Shown: one piece after another, positions 28,676 to 39,607 of the stretch | Numbering within the stretch: position 1 is the first letter of the stretch | How the letters are laid out: the number at the start of each line of letters is the position of its first letter | From: an uncultured Actinomycetes bacterium | Lineage (GTDB): Bacteria > Actinomycetota > Thermoleophilia > RBG-16-64-13 | Direction of reading: 5' to 3' | DNA length: 64,000 nt | NCBI GenBank assembly: GCA_963841735.1 | Contig: CAWJDT010000001.1 | Location: 64,001 to 128,000, forward strand | Made by a program: the position numbers and the translations under genes | Notes under the pieces: model-generated | Told to the model about the DNA's origin: nothing | Seen by the model: the letters and a program-made list of their open reading frames with translations, nothing else | Database searches by the model: none

Positions 28676-29097
28676 GGCAACTCCTCCGGCTTCTGGGCGG
28701 TATGCGGATGCTTAGGCCCAGCATAGATCTTGAGCTTGGTCAGTTGCTGCGCGGCCAGACGGTTCTTGGGCAGCATGCCTTTGACCGCCTTGCGCAGCAC
28801 TTCGGTTGGCCGCATCTGGAGCATCTGCCCGAGACTGCGGGTCTTTAGGCCACCCGGATAGCCGGAATGGCGGTAGTACATCTTGTCCGTCAGCTTCTTG
28901 CCGGTCACCGCGATCTTCTCAGCGTTGACCACCACGACAAAATCCCCGGTATCCGCATGCGGAGTGTACTGGGGCTTGTTCTTGCCCCGGAGCACAATGG
29001 CTATCTCCGACGCGAGCCGGCCAAGGTTCTTGCCGTCTGCGTCGACGACCCACCAGTTGCGCTGGATCTCACCGGGTTTCGCCGTATACGTCCTCAC
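28663..29097 (-). CDS. rplM: 50S ribosomal protein L13
   Basis: [25 protein letters not shown]. Confidence 0.98.
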   Translation of the reverse strand: MRTYTAKPGEIQRNWWVVDADGKNLGRLASEIAIVLRGKNKPQYTPHADTGDFVVVVNAEKIAVTGKKLTDKMYYRHSGYPGGLKTRSLGQMLQMRPTEVLRKAVKGMLPKNRLAAQQLTKLKIYAGPKHPHTAQKPEELPWQQ

Positions 29098-29126
29098 ACT
29101 GCCTCCTAGATAAAACGCGACCGCAG

Positions 29127-29155
29127 ATAATAGTCGAGGGGGCAGATAGTGTCAA
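29127..29155 (-). promoter_or_regulatory. Sigma-A promoter of rplM-rpsI
   Basis: TTGACA-17 bp-TATTAT, followed by an AGGAGG SD. Confidence 0.8.
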
Positions 29156-29211
29156 GGCGACGAGCGCGCGATCCCGCTGACATCCGAGACTTCGGTGAAG
29201 CGTTTGTGGCG

Positions 29212-29878
29212 TCAGCTGCCGATCCTCGCCGAGCCACATCCGCAGGTGCGACCGCCCGGAGCCGAGGCGCCGCGACCCGGCCACGAAGCTGGCGAAGATC
29301 ACGTCCAGCCAGTGCACCCCGATGTTGGGCTCCAAGAAGTGTCTTGAAACCCATGAGATGCGACACGTCGCCGGCAAAGGCCCAGCCGGTGATGAACCAC
29401 GCCACCTGCTCTGGATCGACGTGCGCCGGTATCTTGCCTTCCTTCTGCCCGTCCCTGACCACCTGGGCGTACTGCTCGATGGAGGCCATGTGCTTCTCGG
29501 CCAGGATCTCCCGCAGACCTTCGCCGCGGGCTCCGGAGACATACTCCAGCAACTGATGAGCGTGGTGCCGCTCACCTTGGGTGGCCCAGAGCATCAGATG
29601 ATGGTCACACATCTGCCGGAGCCGCTCCAGCGAGTTCTCGTCGCTGGGCGTCTCGCGCGACGCGTAGATGCGCTCGTAGACAACATCGAGAGCAGCCAGC
29701 AGGATCGCCCGCCGGCTTTCAAAATGAGTGTAGAGAGAAGCCTGCCGTATCCCGGCAGCCGCGGCGATACGGGCCATGGTCGCCCCGGCAGGCCGTGCTC
29801 GGCGATCAGATCGAGGGTGACCTCGACGATCTGGCGCTTTCGCGCCTCAGCCGTCATCCGCTGGGAACCTGGAGCCAC
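29212..29878 (-). CDS. TetR/AcrR family transcriptional regulator (frameshifted; 3' end uncertain)
   Basis: RKRQIVEVTLDLIAEHG..TMARIAAAAGIRQASLYTHFESR HTH; GTG at 29878 with GGAGG. Confidence 0.88.
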
Positions 29879-29934
29879 CGCTTCGTTCCCTCCCGTCCGC
29901 CCGCAGAAAGCCCCCCCGGGCGGCGCTAGTCCGA

Positions 29935-29996
29935 TTGACAAACTAGGATGCAGCAGGTAGTTTAGCGCAATACAACAACCGGTCGCTCGGTAGTTT
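29935..29996 (+). promoter_or_regulatory. Promoter of the molybdoenzyme gene with two TetR operator-like inverted repeats
   Basis: TTGACA-17-TAGTTT; AAACTA-N12-TAGTTT (29940-29963) and AACAACCG-N6-CGGTAGTT (29974-29995). Confidence 0.65.
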
Positions 29997-30059
29997 AGCC
30001 CAGCCGGCACAATCACCGGCAAACGACACCCGGCGTACCCCGCTCCAAAGAAGAGAGAT

Positions 30060-32654
30060 ATGGCGGCAGTGCAGCGACTAACGAATCTTACCACCGGCGG
30101 ACCGGTGCACGTCGACGTGCAAGACGGCAAGATCCTCCGCATCATGCCCCTCGCGCTGGACGCGGACGACGGCCCCTCGTGGACCATCGAGGCCAGAGGC
30201 AGAACGTTCACTCCGCCCCGCAAGACGACCCTCTCCAACTGGACCGTGGCCCACAGGTCCACTATCTACTCGCCCAAGCGCATCCTCACCCCGCTCAAGC
30301 GGGTGGACTTCGACCCCAAGGGCGACCGCAACATCCACAAGCGCGGAGAGTCCGGCTACGAGCCCATCAGCTGGGACGAAGCCCTCGACATGGTCGTCCG
30401 AGGAGATGATCCGCCTCAAGCGCGAGTACGGTCCTGCCGCCATGATGACCACCCCCTCTTCGCACCACATGTGGGGCAACGTCGGCTATCGCTTCAGCGC
30501 CTACAACCGGTTCATGAACCTGTGGGGCATGACCTATGTGGAGCACAACCCCGACAGTTGGGAAGGCTGGCAGTGGGGCGGCGACCACATGTGGGGCTTC
30601 AGCACCCGCCTGGGCATCCCCGAGCAGTACGACCTCTTGGAGGACGCTCTCAAGAACGTAGAGATGATGGTGTTCTGGTCGTCCGACCCCGAGACCACCG
30701 GCGGAGTGTACGGGTCGCACGAGAGCACGTGTCGCAGGCGGTGGCTCAAAGAGCTGGGGGTCAAGATGGTCTTCATCGATCCCTACTTCAACCACACGGC
30801 CGGCCTCATGGGCGACAAGTGGTTCGCCCCCCGCATGGGCACCGACGCCGCCCTGGGCCTCGGCATCGCCTTCGTGTGGCTCACCGAGGACCTCTACGAC
30901 AAGGAATACGTGGCCTCCCACACCCACGGCTTCGACGAGTGGAAGACGCTACGTCCTGGGCGAGAGCGACGGCGCGCCCAAGACGCCGGAATGGGCGGAG
31001 CGCGAGACCCTCATCCCCGCCCGGGAGATCCGGGCCCTCGCCCGGGAGTGGGGCTCCAAGCAGACCATGCTCGCCGCGGGCGGCATGGGCGGCTGGGGCG
31101 GGGCATGCCCGCTCCTCATACGGGGCCGAATACGCCCGCACCATGATCGCCCTGGCCGCCATGCAGGGGCTGGGCAAGCCGGGCAGCAACATCTACTCCA
31201 CCACCGGCGGAGCGCCCGCCGACCGTTCCTTCTGGTTCCCCGGCTACGCCGAGGGCGGCATCTCCGGCGACACCGCCAACACGGCGTCGGGCTATTCGCC
31301 TGCAAGCGCGCATGTGGCCCAACGGCGGCACCATCTCCAATCCCGCAGCACGGCGCCGAAGGGCAGGTGGGCTACCGGCTGCTCATCCCGGAGATGATGA
31401 ACCACGAGAAGCTGGAGTGGCGCAGCAAGGGCTTCTGCGGCGGCTCCATCGAGATGCAGTTCAAGAAGTACCAGTATCCCGCCTCCGGCTATCCCCACGT
31501 GCAGATGTACTACCGCTACGGGGGCTCGTTCATCGGCACCATGACCGAGACCAACCGCTTCGTCAGGGGCTACCGGGAGGGCAAGGTGCCCTTCGTGGTC
31601 AACCAGTCGGTCTGGTTCGAGGGCGAGGCTCGGTTCGCCGACATCATCCTGCCGGCCTGCACCAACTTCGAGCGCTGGGACATCGGCGACTGGGCGCATC
31701 CGTCGGGTTACGGCACTCACAAGTTCGACCAGGTGAACCACCGCATCATCGTGCTCCAGAAGAAGTGCATCGAGCCCTTGGGCGAATCGAAGTCCGACTA
31801 CGAGATCTTCGCGGCGCTCGCCGACCGTCTGGGCTTCGGCGAGAAGTTCACCGAGGGCGGCCACACCGACCTGGACTGGGTCAAGCGGGTCTTCCAGGCC
31901 AGCGACCTACCCGCCCGCATCAGCTGGGAGGAATTCGAGAAGAAGGGCTACTACGTGGTGCCCGTCCCGGCGGACCAAACGACCACGCCGGCGCTTCGCT
32001 GGTTCGCTGAAGACCGAGTGAAAGACACCCCCGACTTGGGTCCACCCCCTTGGGATCAGATCGGCGGTAAGGGCCTGCAGACTCAGACTGGCAAGATCGA
32101 GTTCGTCGCCAACAGCCTGAAACGTTTCTACGAGACCGACGGGCGTCGACCCCGAGCGGCCGGCCATGGGCCCGCAGTATCTCGAGAGCTGGGAAGGCCA
32201 TCACACAACGGAGCTCTTCGAGAAGTACCCCCTGGCGATGGTCTCACCGCATCCTCGCTTCACCTTCCACACGGTGGGCGACTCGAAGGACTGCTGGAGC
32301 AACGACATCAAGGACCACCGGGTCCTGGTTGACGGCCACTACTACTGGATCATGCGGCTCAACTCCCAGGACGCCGCCGCCCGGGGCATCGCCGACGGAG
32401 ATCTCGTCCGAGCGTTCAACGACCGGGCCGAGGTGATCCTGGCCGCCCAGATCACGGAGAGGTTGCCGCCGGGTACCGTGCATTCTTACGAGTCGTGCAG
32501 CGACTACCTGCCGCTGGGTGAGCCGGGCCACTCGGCCGACACAGCCGGCTGCATCAACATGCTCACCTCCAAGCGGTTCATCACACCGACCTCCTCCGGT
32601 CAGGCGCCGAACTCCTGCCTGGTGGAAGTCGAAAGATGGTTGGGCGGCAAGTAG
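30060..32654 (+). CDS. Mo/W-bisPGD oxidoreductase, pyrogallol-phloroglucinol transhydroxylase alpha-subunit-like (about six frameshifts)
   Basis: RLTNLTTGGPV.V.V.DGKI, PSSHHMWGNVGYR, HNPDSWEGW (Mo-Ser), FPGYAEGGISG, ADIILPACTNFER, SPHPRFTFHT. These closely match AthL of Pelobacter acidigallici as I recall it. No Tat peptide. Confidence 0.88.
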
Positions 32655-32670
32655 CCGCCGAAGGCCGATC

Positions 32671-33570
32671 CTAGAGAGCTCTTAGGTCCTCGGGCCGGAT
32701 GGGGGCCAGGTCATCCTTGGCGAGAAGATCGTCCAAAGTGGCCAGCACAGCCGGCTTGTCATCGGGCAGAGTACCGCCCAAATCCAAATAGTTGGAGGCG
32801 TGGTTGGTGCGGAACAAGGCGTGGGTCACGTTGGTCTCGGCGATCATGCACCGGAACTCACGCAGCAGGCCGCGGGCGTCAGGCACCACCAGTTGCTCCC
32901 GGCGTACAGCCTCCTCGGCCCGAGTCCCCGGCTCGATCATCAACGACAGGATGCCGATGTACTGCGGATCGATTGTGGTCAAAGCCCGGCCGGTGGCGAG
33001 AGCGTGCTCCGCCGACCGAGCCACTCCGCCTAGTCCCAGGATCGCGGTCACCGACAGGGCCATCCCCGCCTCTTTGGCCCGCAAGAACGACCGCACCATC
33101 TGGCCCGACGAGAGGCCCTTGCCGCTCTGCACCAGAGTGGTGTCATCCCCGGATTCCAGCCCCACATACAGCAACTCCAAACCGTGCTCCCGGAGCTCCC
33201 GGAGTTCATCCATGGTATAGCGCTGCAGCGAGTGCGCGTTGGCGTAGCCGCTGACTCGGGCCAGGCCAGGCAGTTCGGTTCGTAGGACGCCCAGTATCTC
33301 CACCATCCTCGAAACCGGCAGCGCAAGCACATCGCCGTCGCAGAGGAAGACCCGGTTCACATGCTGTTTGAGACCTTCCTCGATGTTCTGGATGTCCTCT
33401 TTGACGGCGTCCACCGAACGAAGGCGGAAGGACTTGCCCAGGTACGACCCGCAGAACGCGCACTTGCCGTGCGAACACCCATACATCACCTGAAGAATCA
33501 GGCTGTCGGCCTCACTTGGCGGCCGGATGACGTTACCGTGATAGCGGGGATAGGGACGAAGGCCTATCAT
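32671..33570 (-). CDS. Radical SAM protein of unknown function
   Basis: IRPPSEADSLILQV..GCSHGKCAFC, FLCDGD, YVGLESG, FRTNHASNYL; start taken at ATG 33570. Confidence 0.9.
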   Translation of the reverse strand: MIGLRPYPRYHGNVIRPPSEADSLILQVMYGCSHGKCAFCGSYLGKSFRLRSVDAVKEDIQNIEEGLKQHVNRVFLCDGDVLALPVSRMVEILGVLRTELPGLARVSGYANAHSLQRYTMDELRELREHGLELLYVGLESGDDTTLVQSGKGLSSGQMVRSFLRAKEAGMALSVTAILGLGGVARSAEHALATGRALTTIDPQYIGILSLMIEPGTRAEEAVRREQLVVPDARGLLREFRCMIAETNVTHALFRTNHASNYLDLGGTLPDDKPAVLATLDDLLAKDDLAPIRPEDLRAL

Positions 33571-33805
33571 GGCCGCACCCCAGTGGTCGCATTGAGTGCT
33601 CGAACGTTCAGTTATGCCTCCCACGATGGCGGTTCCACGATTTCCCAGCTCTCAAAGCCGGTATGGGCCGGCAAGATGACATCGGCAGAAGCAGCCCCAC
33701 CCTCAAGCCACGCGGACCAATCTACTGCATGCTCCTACAGAGGTGTCCGGCACGGACGGGCAGCCAGGTGCTCGACGAAAGGGGCCCTATAATCCAACAC
33801 TTACC

Positions 33806-34717
33806 CTACTGTTCACCTTTACTGTTGCGACTGAACCCCGGTCCTAGAGCCGCTTCCCGCTCATCTGGCTGTTCTCTCTCCCCGGTGCCATCCCCGACCG
33901 GTGCCCCGAGAGGATACTTGACGTCCCACAGAAACAGCCCCTTGGCAGGCGCGGTGATACCGGCCGTTTCGCGCGACGCTCCGTCCAACAGCAGGCCCAG
34001 ACCCTCCAGCTCGCGCGTCCCCTCCCCAATCTCTACCATGGTTCCCACCAACGTGCGGACCATGTGTCGCAAGAAGGAATCCGCCTCAACCTCCAAGCAC
34101 AGCAGACTCCCTCCGTCCGTGCTCCCGCCGGCCAACCCTCCCGGGAGGCCTCCGTTGACCATGCGCCAGCGGCAGCGCAACACCAGTCGCCTGAAGTGCA
34201 AGTGCTCGGTCTCGACAGGAGTGAAGGCCGTGAAGTCATGCAGCCCCTCAACCGCGGCCGCAGCGGCCGCGAGGGCTTCCAGGTCAAGCCTGCGTGGCGT
34301 CTGCCAGCAATAGCGAGACCAAAAGGGAGGAGCCACACTCCCCAACCAAAGGAAATATCTGTAACAACGGCTGGTAGCGTTCCTGCGGGCGTCGAACCCC
34401 TCTGAAGCCCGCCCCATGAGAGTAACCGCGATCCCGGACGGAGTGAGAGCGTTCAGCGAAGCCATGAGCCCGGCCGGGTCGGTCTTCGCAGGTAGCACCA
34501 GACTCACTATCTGCCGCCGGGCATGCACCCCCGCATCTGTCCGGCCGGCCACCCGCAGTCTGGGTACGAACCCAAGAACAGTCTGCAGCGCAGTTTCCAG
34601 ACAGCCCTCCACCGTGGACAACCCTTGCTGCTTGGCCCAACCGTGTAGACCCGTGCCGTCGTACTGCAACTCCATGCGGTGGTTGCGCTCCAGCTCGCCC
34701 TCCGTCCTTGCGCCCAC
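33806..34717 (-). CDS. truA: tRNA pseudouridine(38-40) synthase
   Basis: YDGTGLHGW, AGRTDAGVHA, HDFTAF, FLRHMVR, TAPAKGLFL. Confidence 0.96.
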   Translation of the reverse strand: MGARTEGELERNHRMELQYDGTGLHGWAKQQGLSTVEGCLETALQTVLGFVPRLRVAGRTDAGVHARRQIVSLVLPAKTDPAGLMASLNALTPSGIAVTLMGRASEGFDARRNATSRCYRYFLWLGSVAPPFWSRYCWQTPRRLDLEALAAAAAAVEGLHDFTAFTPVETEHLHFRRLVLRCRWRMVNGGLPGGLAGGSTDGGSLLCLEVEADSFLRHMVRTLVGTMVEIGEGTRELEGLGLLLDGASRETAGITAPAKGLFLWDVKYPLGAPVGDGTGEREQPDEREAALGPGFSRNSKGEQ

Positions 34718-34771
34718 CGGTCTTTGCCCGACCGACGAGCCACCTTGCCTCAGAAAGCTTTCCGCCCCCTA

Positions 34772-34808
34772 AGAAGACAAATGCCGGGACCCTGCTGGGC
34801 CCGGCATT
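34772..34808 (-). terminator. Probable terminator after rplQ
   Basis: Stem AATGCCGGG..CCC/GGG..CCCGGCATT followed by TGTCTTCTT on the minus strand. Confidence 0.6.
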
Positions 34809-34847
34809 CGAGTCGTTTCAGAAACTATCCAAACCACCGAGTTTGAG

Positions 34848-35198
34848 CTATACCAGCTCCAAGTAGACCATCTCCGCCGCGTCGCCCTGGCGTTGGCCCA
34901 AATGGATGATACGAAGGTATCCACCCGGACGGTCGGCATACCTCGGCGCGATCTCGTTGAAGAGCTTGTAGGTGATCTGCTTGTTGCGCAGCTGGCTGAT
35001 AGCCGTCCGCCGCGAGTTCAGATCTCCGGCCTTGCCCATGGTGATTATCTTCTCCACCAAGGGCTTCACTTCTTTAGCTCGTGCCTCTGTGGTCTTGATG
35101 CGCTCATGCTCGAGCACAGAGCAGGCAAGATTCGCCAGCATCTGCCGGCGATGATCCGGCTGCATACCGAATCGTCTTCCTTTTCTCTGGTGCCTCAC
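34848..35198 (-). CDS. rplQ: 50S ribosomal protein L17
   Basis: MRHQRKGR, IKTTEARAKE, RPGGYLRI. Confidence 0.98.
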   Translation of the reverse strand: MRHQRKGRRFGMQPDHRRQMLANLACSVLEHERIKTTEARAKEVKPLVEKIITMGKAGDLNSRRTAISQLRNKQITYKLFNEIAPRYADRPGGYLRIIHLGQRQGDAAEMVYLELV

Positions 35199-35199
35199 G

Positions 35200-36135
35200 C
35201 TACTCTCCTCTAAGCTTCAGGTTGTTCTTCTCGAGGCGCTCGCGCACCTCGTCCAGGCTCTTGCGCCCAAAATTGGGTATACACATGAGGTCCTGTTCCG
35301 ACCGTGCAAGTAAGTCTCCCACCGTCTCCACGCCTTCACGCTTCAGGCAGTTGAGCGAGCGCACCCCAAGGTCGAGGTCGTCGATGAGCATGCTGTCCTC
35401 AGGCGCAGACATGTCGGCGGTCGGAGTCACCTCTTCAACGCCCGACTCCTCGGCATCACCCAGGAAGATGGCCGTCAGATCGTCCCGCAACATCGCCGCG
35501 GCCAACTCGACGGCGCTCTCAGGATCCAAAGCGCCGTTGGTCTCCACCTCAAGCGTTAGCTTGTCGAAGTCCGTGCGCTGGCCAACACGCGCCGACTGAA
35601 CGCTGTAGGCCACCCGCCTGACCGGCGAGAAGATAGAATCGATGGGGATGACGCCCAGGGCCATGCCTGGACGCTTGTTGTCGTCGGCGGGAACATATCC
35701 CCGGCCCCTGCGAACCGTGAGACGCATCTCCAGACGACCGGCATCCTCGATGGAACCGATGTATGCCTCAGGATTCATGACTTCCACGGTGGCCGGCAGT
35801 TCGATGTCGCCTGCTAGGACCTCACCGGGGCCGTCTTTGACCAACATGACCTCGTGCTCATCGGCCTCGCCGTGCAGCACAAAAACAAGCTTCTTGAGGT
35901 TCAGTATGATGTCGGTCACGTCTTCCTTGACGTGCGGCACAGTCGAGAACTCGTGCTCGACGCCCGAGATCCTGACCGCCGAGATCGCGGCTCCCTCTAG
36001 TGAAGACAGGAGCACCCTCCGCAGCGAGTTGCCGAAGGTGTAGCCGAAACCACGGGAGAGAGGCTCGACATAGAAGCGGCCCAGGTTCTCCCCGACCGGC
36101 TCATAAGTGCTATGCGGGGTGGCAAAGTCTAGCAA
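35200..36135 (-). CDS. rpoA: RNA polymerase alpha subunit
   Basis: EPLSRGFGYTFGNSLRRVLLSS; CTD IDDLDLGVRSLNCLKREG..PNFGRKS. Confidence 0.99.
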   Translation of the reverse strand: MLDFATPHSTYEPVGENLGRFYVEPLSRGFGYTFGNSLRRVLLSSLEGAAISAVRISGVEHEFSTVPHVKEDVTDIILNLKKLVFVLHGEADEHEVMLVKDGPGEVLAGDIELPATVEVMNPEAYIGSIEDAGRLEMRLTVRRGRGYVPADDNKRPGMALGVIPIDSIFSPVRRVAYSVQSARVGQRTDFDKLTLEVETNGALDPESAVELAAAMLRDDLTAIFLGDAEESGVEEVTPTADMSAPEDSMLIDDLDLGVRSLNCLKREGVETVGDLLARSEQDLMCIPNFGRKSLDEVRERLEKNNLKLRGE

Positions 36136-36152
36136 GCGGCCCTCCTAATGGA

Positions 36153-36779
36153 CTACTTAGAGTACAGCTCGACGATGAGCGACTCTTGAATGGGGATATC
36201 GATGTCGGATCGCTCCGGCAGGCGAAGCACCTTGCCCACCAGGTTGTCGTGATCGGCCTGCAACCAAGCCGGCACCGAAGCGGTCAGATCGGTGGCGTCC
36301 TGAACGACCGCCTTCAAACCTTCACTGCCCAAGACCGCCATGATCACTTCTTCTGGCTTCACCCGATACGAAGGGATGTTGACCCGCCGTCCGTTAACCT
36401 GGAAATGACCGTGGCGCACCAGTTGCCTGGCCTGCCGCCGGGAAGCGCCAAAGCCCAACCTGTACACCACGTTGTCTAGACGCAGTTCGAGCAGCTTCAG
36501 CAGGTTCTCACCGGTCATACCTGGTTGGCGCGCCGCCGCTGTGTAGTAGTTGCGGAACTGCTTCTCAAGCACCCCGTAATAGCGGCGCGCTTTCTGCTTC
36601 TCGCGCAGCTGGTTCAGGTACTCTGACTGCTTGCGCCTGCGACCGCGGCCATGGTCCCCCGGGGGATATGCCCTACGATCGACACCGCACTTGTCGGTGA
36701 GGCACCGTTCGCCTTTGAGGAGGAGCTTCTCGCCCTCCCGCCGGCACTGCTTGCACTGAGGAGATGTGTCTCTAGCCAT
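36153..36779 (-). CDS. rpsD: 30S ribosomal protein S4 (zinc type)
   Basis: [12 protein letters not shown]...[12 protein letters not shown]. Confidence 0.98.
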   Translation of the reverse strand: MARDTSPQCKQCRREGEKLLLKGERCLTDKCGVDRRAYPPGDHGRGRRRKQSEYLNQLREKQKARRYYGVLEKQFRNYYTAAARQPGMTGENLLKLLELRLDNVVYRLGFGASRRQARQLVRHGHFQVNGRRVNIPSYRVKPEEVIMAVLGSEGLKAVVQDATDLTASVPAWLQADHDNLVGKVLRLPERSDIDIPIQESLIVELYSK

Positions 36780-36789
36780 AACCGCCGCC

Positions 36790-37197
36790 TCAGACCCTGC
36801 GCCGCTTCTTGGGGCGGCAACCGTTGTGAGGTATGGGAGTGACGTCCTTGACGCTGGTAACGTCAATACCGGTAGCCTGCAAGGAGCGGATAGCGGTCTC
36901 ACGTCCGCTGCCCGGCCCTTTGACAAAGCAGTCCACCTTCTGCAGTCCATGCTCCATTCCGGCCCTAGCAGCTCTCTCGGCCGTAACCTGCGCTGCAAAT
37001 GGCGTGGACTTGCGCGAGCCTTTGAAACCCGCAGAACCGGCGCTTGCCCATGCTATGACGTTGCCTTCTTTGTCGGTCAACGTCACGAGGGTGTTGTTGA
37101 ACGATGTCTTGATGTAGGCGTTGCCTACCGCGATGCTCTTGCGCACCTTGCGGCGCCGCCCGCGCGGACCGGTGGTAGTGCGTTTCGGTTTCGGCAT
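36790..37197 (-). CDS. rpsK: 30S ribosomal protein S11
   Basis: [23 protein letters not shown]. Confidence 0.99.
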   Translation of the reverse strand: MPKPKRTTTGPRGRRRKVRKSIAVGNAYIKTSFNNTLVTLTDKEGNVIAWASAGSAGFKGSRKSTPFAAQVTAERAARAGMEHGLQKVDCFVKGPGSGRETAIRSLQATGIDVTSVKDVTPIPHNGCRPKKRRRV

Positions 37198-37245
37198 ATC
37201 TTCTTAGCTCCGTCCCTAGATATCCCTGCGAGGCTTGCCCGCAGG

Positions 37246-37623
37246 CTAGACCCGCACCTTCTTCTTGACGCCCACGGTCGGCTTGTGCCCTTTGCGCACC
37301 CGGGCGTTGGTCTTGGTGCGCTGGCCGCGAACCGGCATACCACGGCGGTGCCGTATGCCCCGGTAGCAGCCGATTTCCATAAGCCGCTTGATGTTCTGGC
37401 TGCGCTCACGCCGCAGATCACCCTCGACCGTCACGTTGTCTTCAATGTAACTGCGCAGCCTGACCTCTTCGTCCTCGGTGAGATCCTTGACGTGCGTGTT
37501 TGGGTCGATCTTCACAGCTGCGAGGATCTTGTTGGATACCGACCGGCCGATTCCGAACACATACGTCAGACCGATCTCGATCCTTTTCTCCCTGGGGAGT
37601 GTGACACCAGCGATACGAGCCAT
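37246..37623 (-). CDS. rpsM: 30S ribosomal protein S13
   Basis: [19 protein letters not shown]. Confidence 0.99.
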   Translation of the reverse strand: MARIAGVTLPREKRIEIGLTYVFGIGRSVSNKILAAVKIDPNTHVKDLTEDEEVRLRSYIEDNVTVEGDLRRERSQNIKRLMEIGCYRGIRHRRGMPVRGQRTKTNARVRKGHKPTVGVKKKVRV

Positions 37624-37636
37624 ATCCTACTCCTGC

Positions 37637-37750
37637 CTAGCCTTGCCGCTGCTTGTGGCGGGGGTTCTGGCAGATCACAAGGACCACGCCGCGCCGCCGT
37701 ACTATCATGCACTTCTCGCACATCGGTTTTACCGACGCTCTGACTTTCAT
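37637..37750 (-). CDS. rpmJ: 50S ribosomal protein L36
   Basis: Hand translation: [37 protein letters not shown] (37 aa). Confidence 0.98.
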   Translation of the reverse strand: MKVRASVKPMCEKCMIVRRRGVVLVICQNPRHKQRQG

Positions 37751-37764
37751 CTAACGCCCTTCCT

Positions 37765-37986
37765 CTACTTGAAGCGATACGTTATTCGGCCCCTACTAAG
37801 GTCGTAGGGCGACAACTCTACCTTGACTCTGTCTCCAGGCAAGATACGTATGTAATTCATCCGCATCTTGCCCGAGATATGCGCCAATATCTCCAGCTCA
37901 TTATCGAGCCGAACTCGGAACATCGTGTTGGGCAAGGCTTCAGCCACCTCACCCTCGAGCTCTATCGCTTCTTCTTTAGGAGACAC
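37765..37986 (-). CDS. infA: Translation initiation factor IF-1
   Basis: [34 protein letters not shown]. Confidence 0.98.
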   Translation of the reverse strand: MSPKEEAIELEGEVAEALPNTMFRVRLDNELEILAHISGKMRMNYIRILPGDRVKVELSPYDLSRGRITYRFK

Positions 37987-38103
37987 AGCACGCCACCCTG
38001 CTTGCTCTTGCACTTGTTTCGCGACAAAGTCGAGACCGCCGAATCCGCATTAGACGGCCGTCTATCTTACCACAAGGCTTCATCACACCCTGATGATGAC
38101 GCG

Positions 38104-38883
38104 TCATTCGCCAGCACCTCTCTGGGCTCCCGCTACTTTAGCCGCGGTAAGGACCCGGGGCCCGTTCTTGGTGATCGCCACCGTGTGCTCAAAATGGGCC
38201 GACAGGCTCCCATCCTTGGTGTAGATGGCCCAAGAGTCGTCACCGAGCTCCACGTCGAAACCGCCTATGTTGACCATCGGCTCTATCGCCAGCACCATGC
38301 CCTCACGCAGCTCTGGTCCCTTACCGGGCGGGCCGAAGTTGGGCACTTGCGGGTCCTCGTGCATCTCGCGCCCCACCCCGTGGCCAACCATGCTCTCCAC
38401 CACCGAGAACCCGTAGGTCTCGGCGTGAGTCTGCACTGCGTGCGAGATGTCACCCACCCGGTTACCGATCTGGCACTGAGCAATGCCCCGCCAGAGCGAC
38501 TCCTCGGTGGCTCGCAGCAGTTCACCCGCCTTCTTTGAGATCGCCCCCACCGGGAAGGTAGCCGCCGCGTCGGCGATGTAGTTGTCCACGGTCACGCCCA
38601 CATCGACGCCCAAGATGTCGCCTTCAACCAGGCGCACCTTCCCTGGGATCCCGTGCACCACCATCGCGTTCGGCGACGCGCAGATGGATGCCGGAAAACC
38701 CCTGTATCCCTTGAACGTGGGGATGCCGCCCCTAGACCGTATAAACTCTTCCGCCAACCGATCCAACTCTCTTGTCGTCACTCCCGGCGCAACTTCGCGC
38801 CCCATCAGCTCCAGACACTCCCGGACAACCGCTCCCGCCCGGGCCATCTTCTCAATCTCCGCCTGCGATTTGATCTTGATCAC
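38104..38883 (-). CDS. map: Methionine aminopeptidase type I
   Basis: VVHGIP, GHGVG..MHEDP, AIEPM, SAHFEHT. Confidence 0.98.
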   Translation of the reverse strand: MIKIKSQAEIEKMARAGAVVRECLELMGREVAPGVTTRELDRLAEEFIRSRGGIPTFKGYRGFPASICASPNAMVVHGIPGKVRLVEGDILGVDVGVTVDNYIADAAATFPVGAISKKAGELLRATEESLWRGIAQCQIGNRVGDISHAVQTHAETYGFSVVESMVGHGVGREMHEDPQVPNFGPPGKGPELREGMVLAIEPMVNIGGFDVELGDDSWAIYTKDGSLSAHFEHTVAITKNGPRVLTAAKVAGAQRGAGE

Positions 38884-38918
38884 AGTTGGCCTGTCTCTGC
38901 CTGCGCCTCTGCCATGCC

Positions 38919-39578
38919 TCAGGCAGCCGGGCCCAGGGCCTCGCGGATATCGCCGTACGTAGCCTCCGCCTCTTGGGCGCCGTCGATACGGACCACCAGA
39001 CCGGCCCGATCGTAATAGTCGATGAGCGGCTCCGTTTGGTTGCGGTAAACCTCAAGCCGGTTCCGCACCGTAGCCTCCGTGTCATCGTCGCGCTGGTAGA
39101 GTTCTCCGCCGCACTTGTCGCACACCCCTTCCGTCTTGGGCTGGGTGAACAACACATGGAACGGCGTCTGACACGATCGGCAAACTCGGCGCCCGGTGAG
39201 CCTCTTCAGCAACAGGTCCTCGTCCACCAGAAGCACGAGCACCTTGCTGACTGCGCGGCCAAGCCCGTCCAGCACTCCGTCAAGCGCCTCGGCTTGCGGG
39301 ATAGTGCGAGGAAACCCGTCCATCAAGAAGCCCTTGGCTGTGTCAGGCTCTTGCAGGCGATCCTTGACGATACCGATGACCACGCTGTCGGGCACCAGTT
39401 CGCCCGCATCCATGAACTTCTTGGCCTCCAGGCCCATCTGAGTCTGGTTCTTGACCGCCGACCGCAGGATGTCGCCCGTGGACACATGCGGAATACCGTA
39501 TTCGGCCACTATGCGACCAGCTTGGGTACCCTTGCCGGCACCCGGAGGTCCCAAGAGGATGAGATTGAACTGTGTCAC
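38919..39578 (-). CDS. adk: Adenylate kinase (zinc lid)
   Basis: LLGPPGAGKGTQA, DGFPRT, CRSC...CDKC. Confidence 0.97.
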   Translation of the reverse strand: MTQFNLILLGPPGAGKGTQAGRIVAEYGIPHVSTGDILRSAVKNQTQMGLEAKKFMDAGELVPDSVVIGIVKDRLQEPDTAKGFLMDGFPRTIPQAEALDGVLDGLGRAVSKVLVLLVDEDLLLKRLTGRRVCRSCQTPFHVLFTQPKTEGVCDKCGGELYQRDDDTEATVRNRLEVYRNQTEPLIDYYDRAGLVVRIDGAQEAEATYGDIREALGPAA

Positions 39579-39607
39579 GCCAAGAATCCTTTCCATAAGA
39601 CCCGGGA

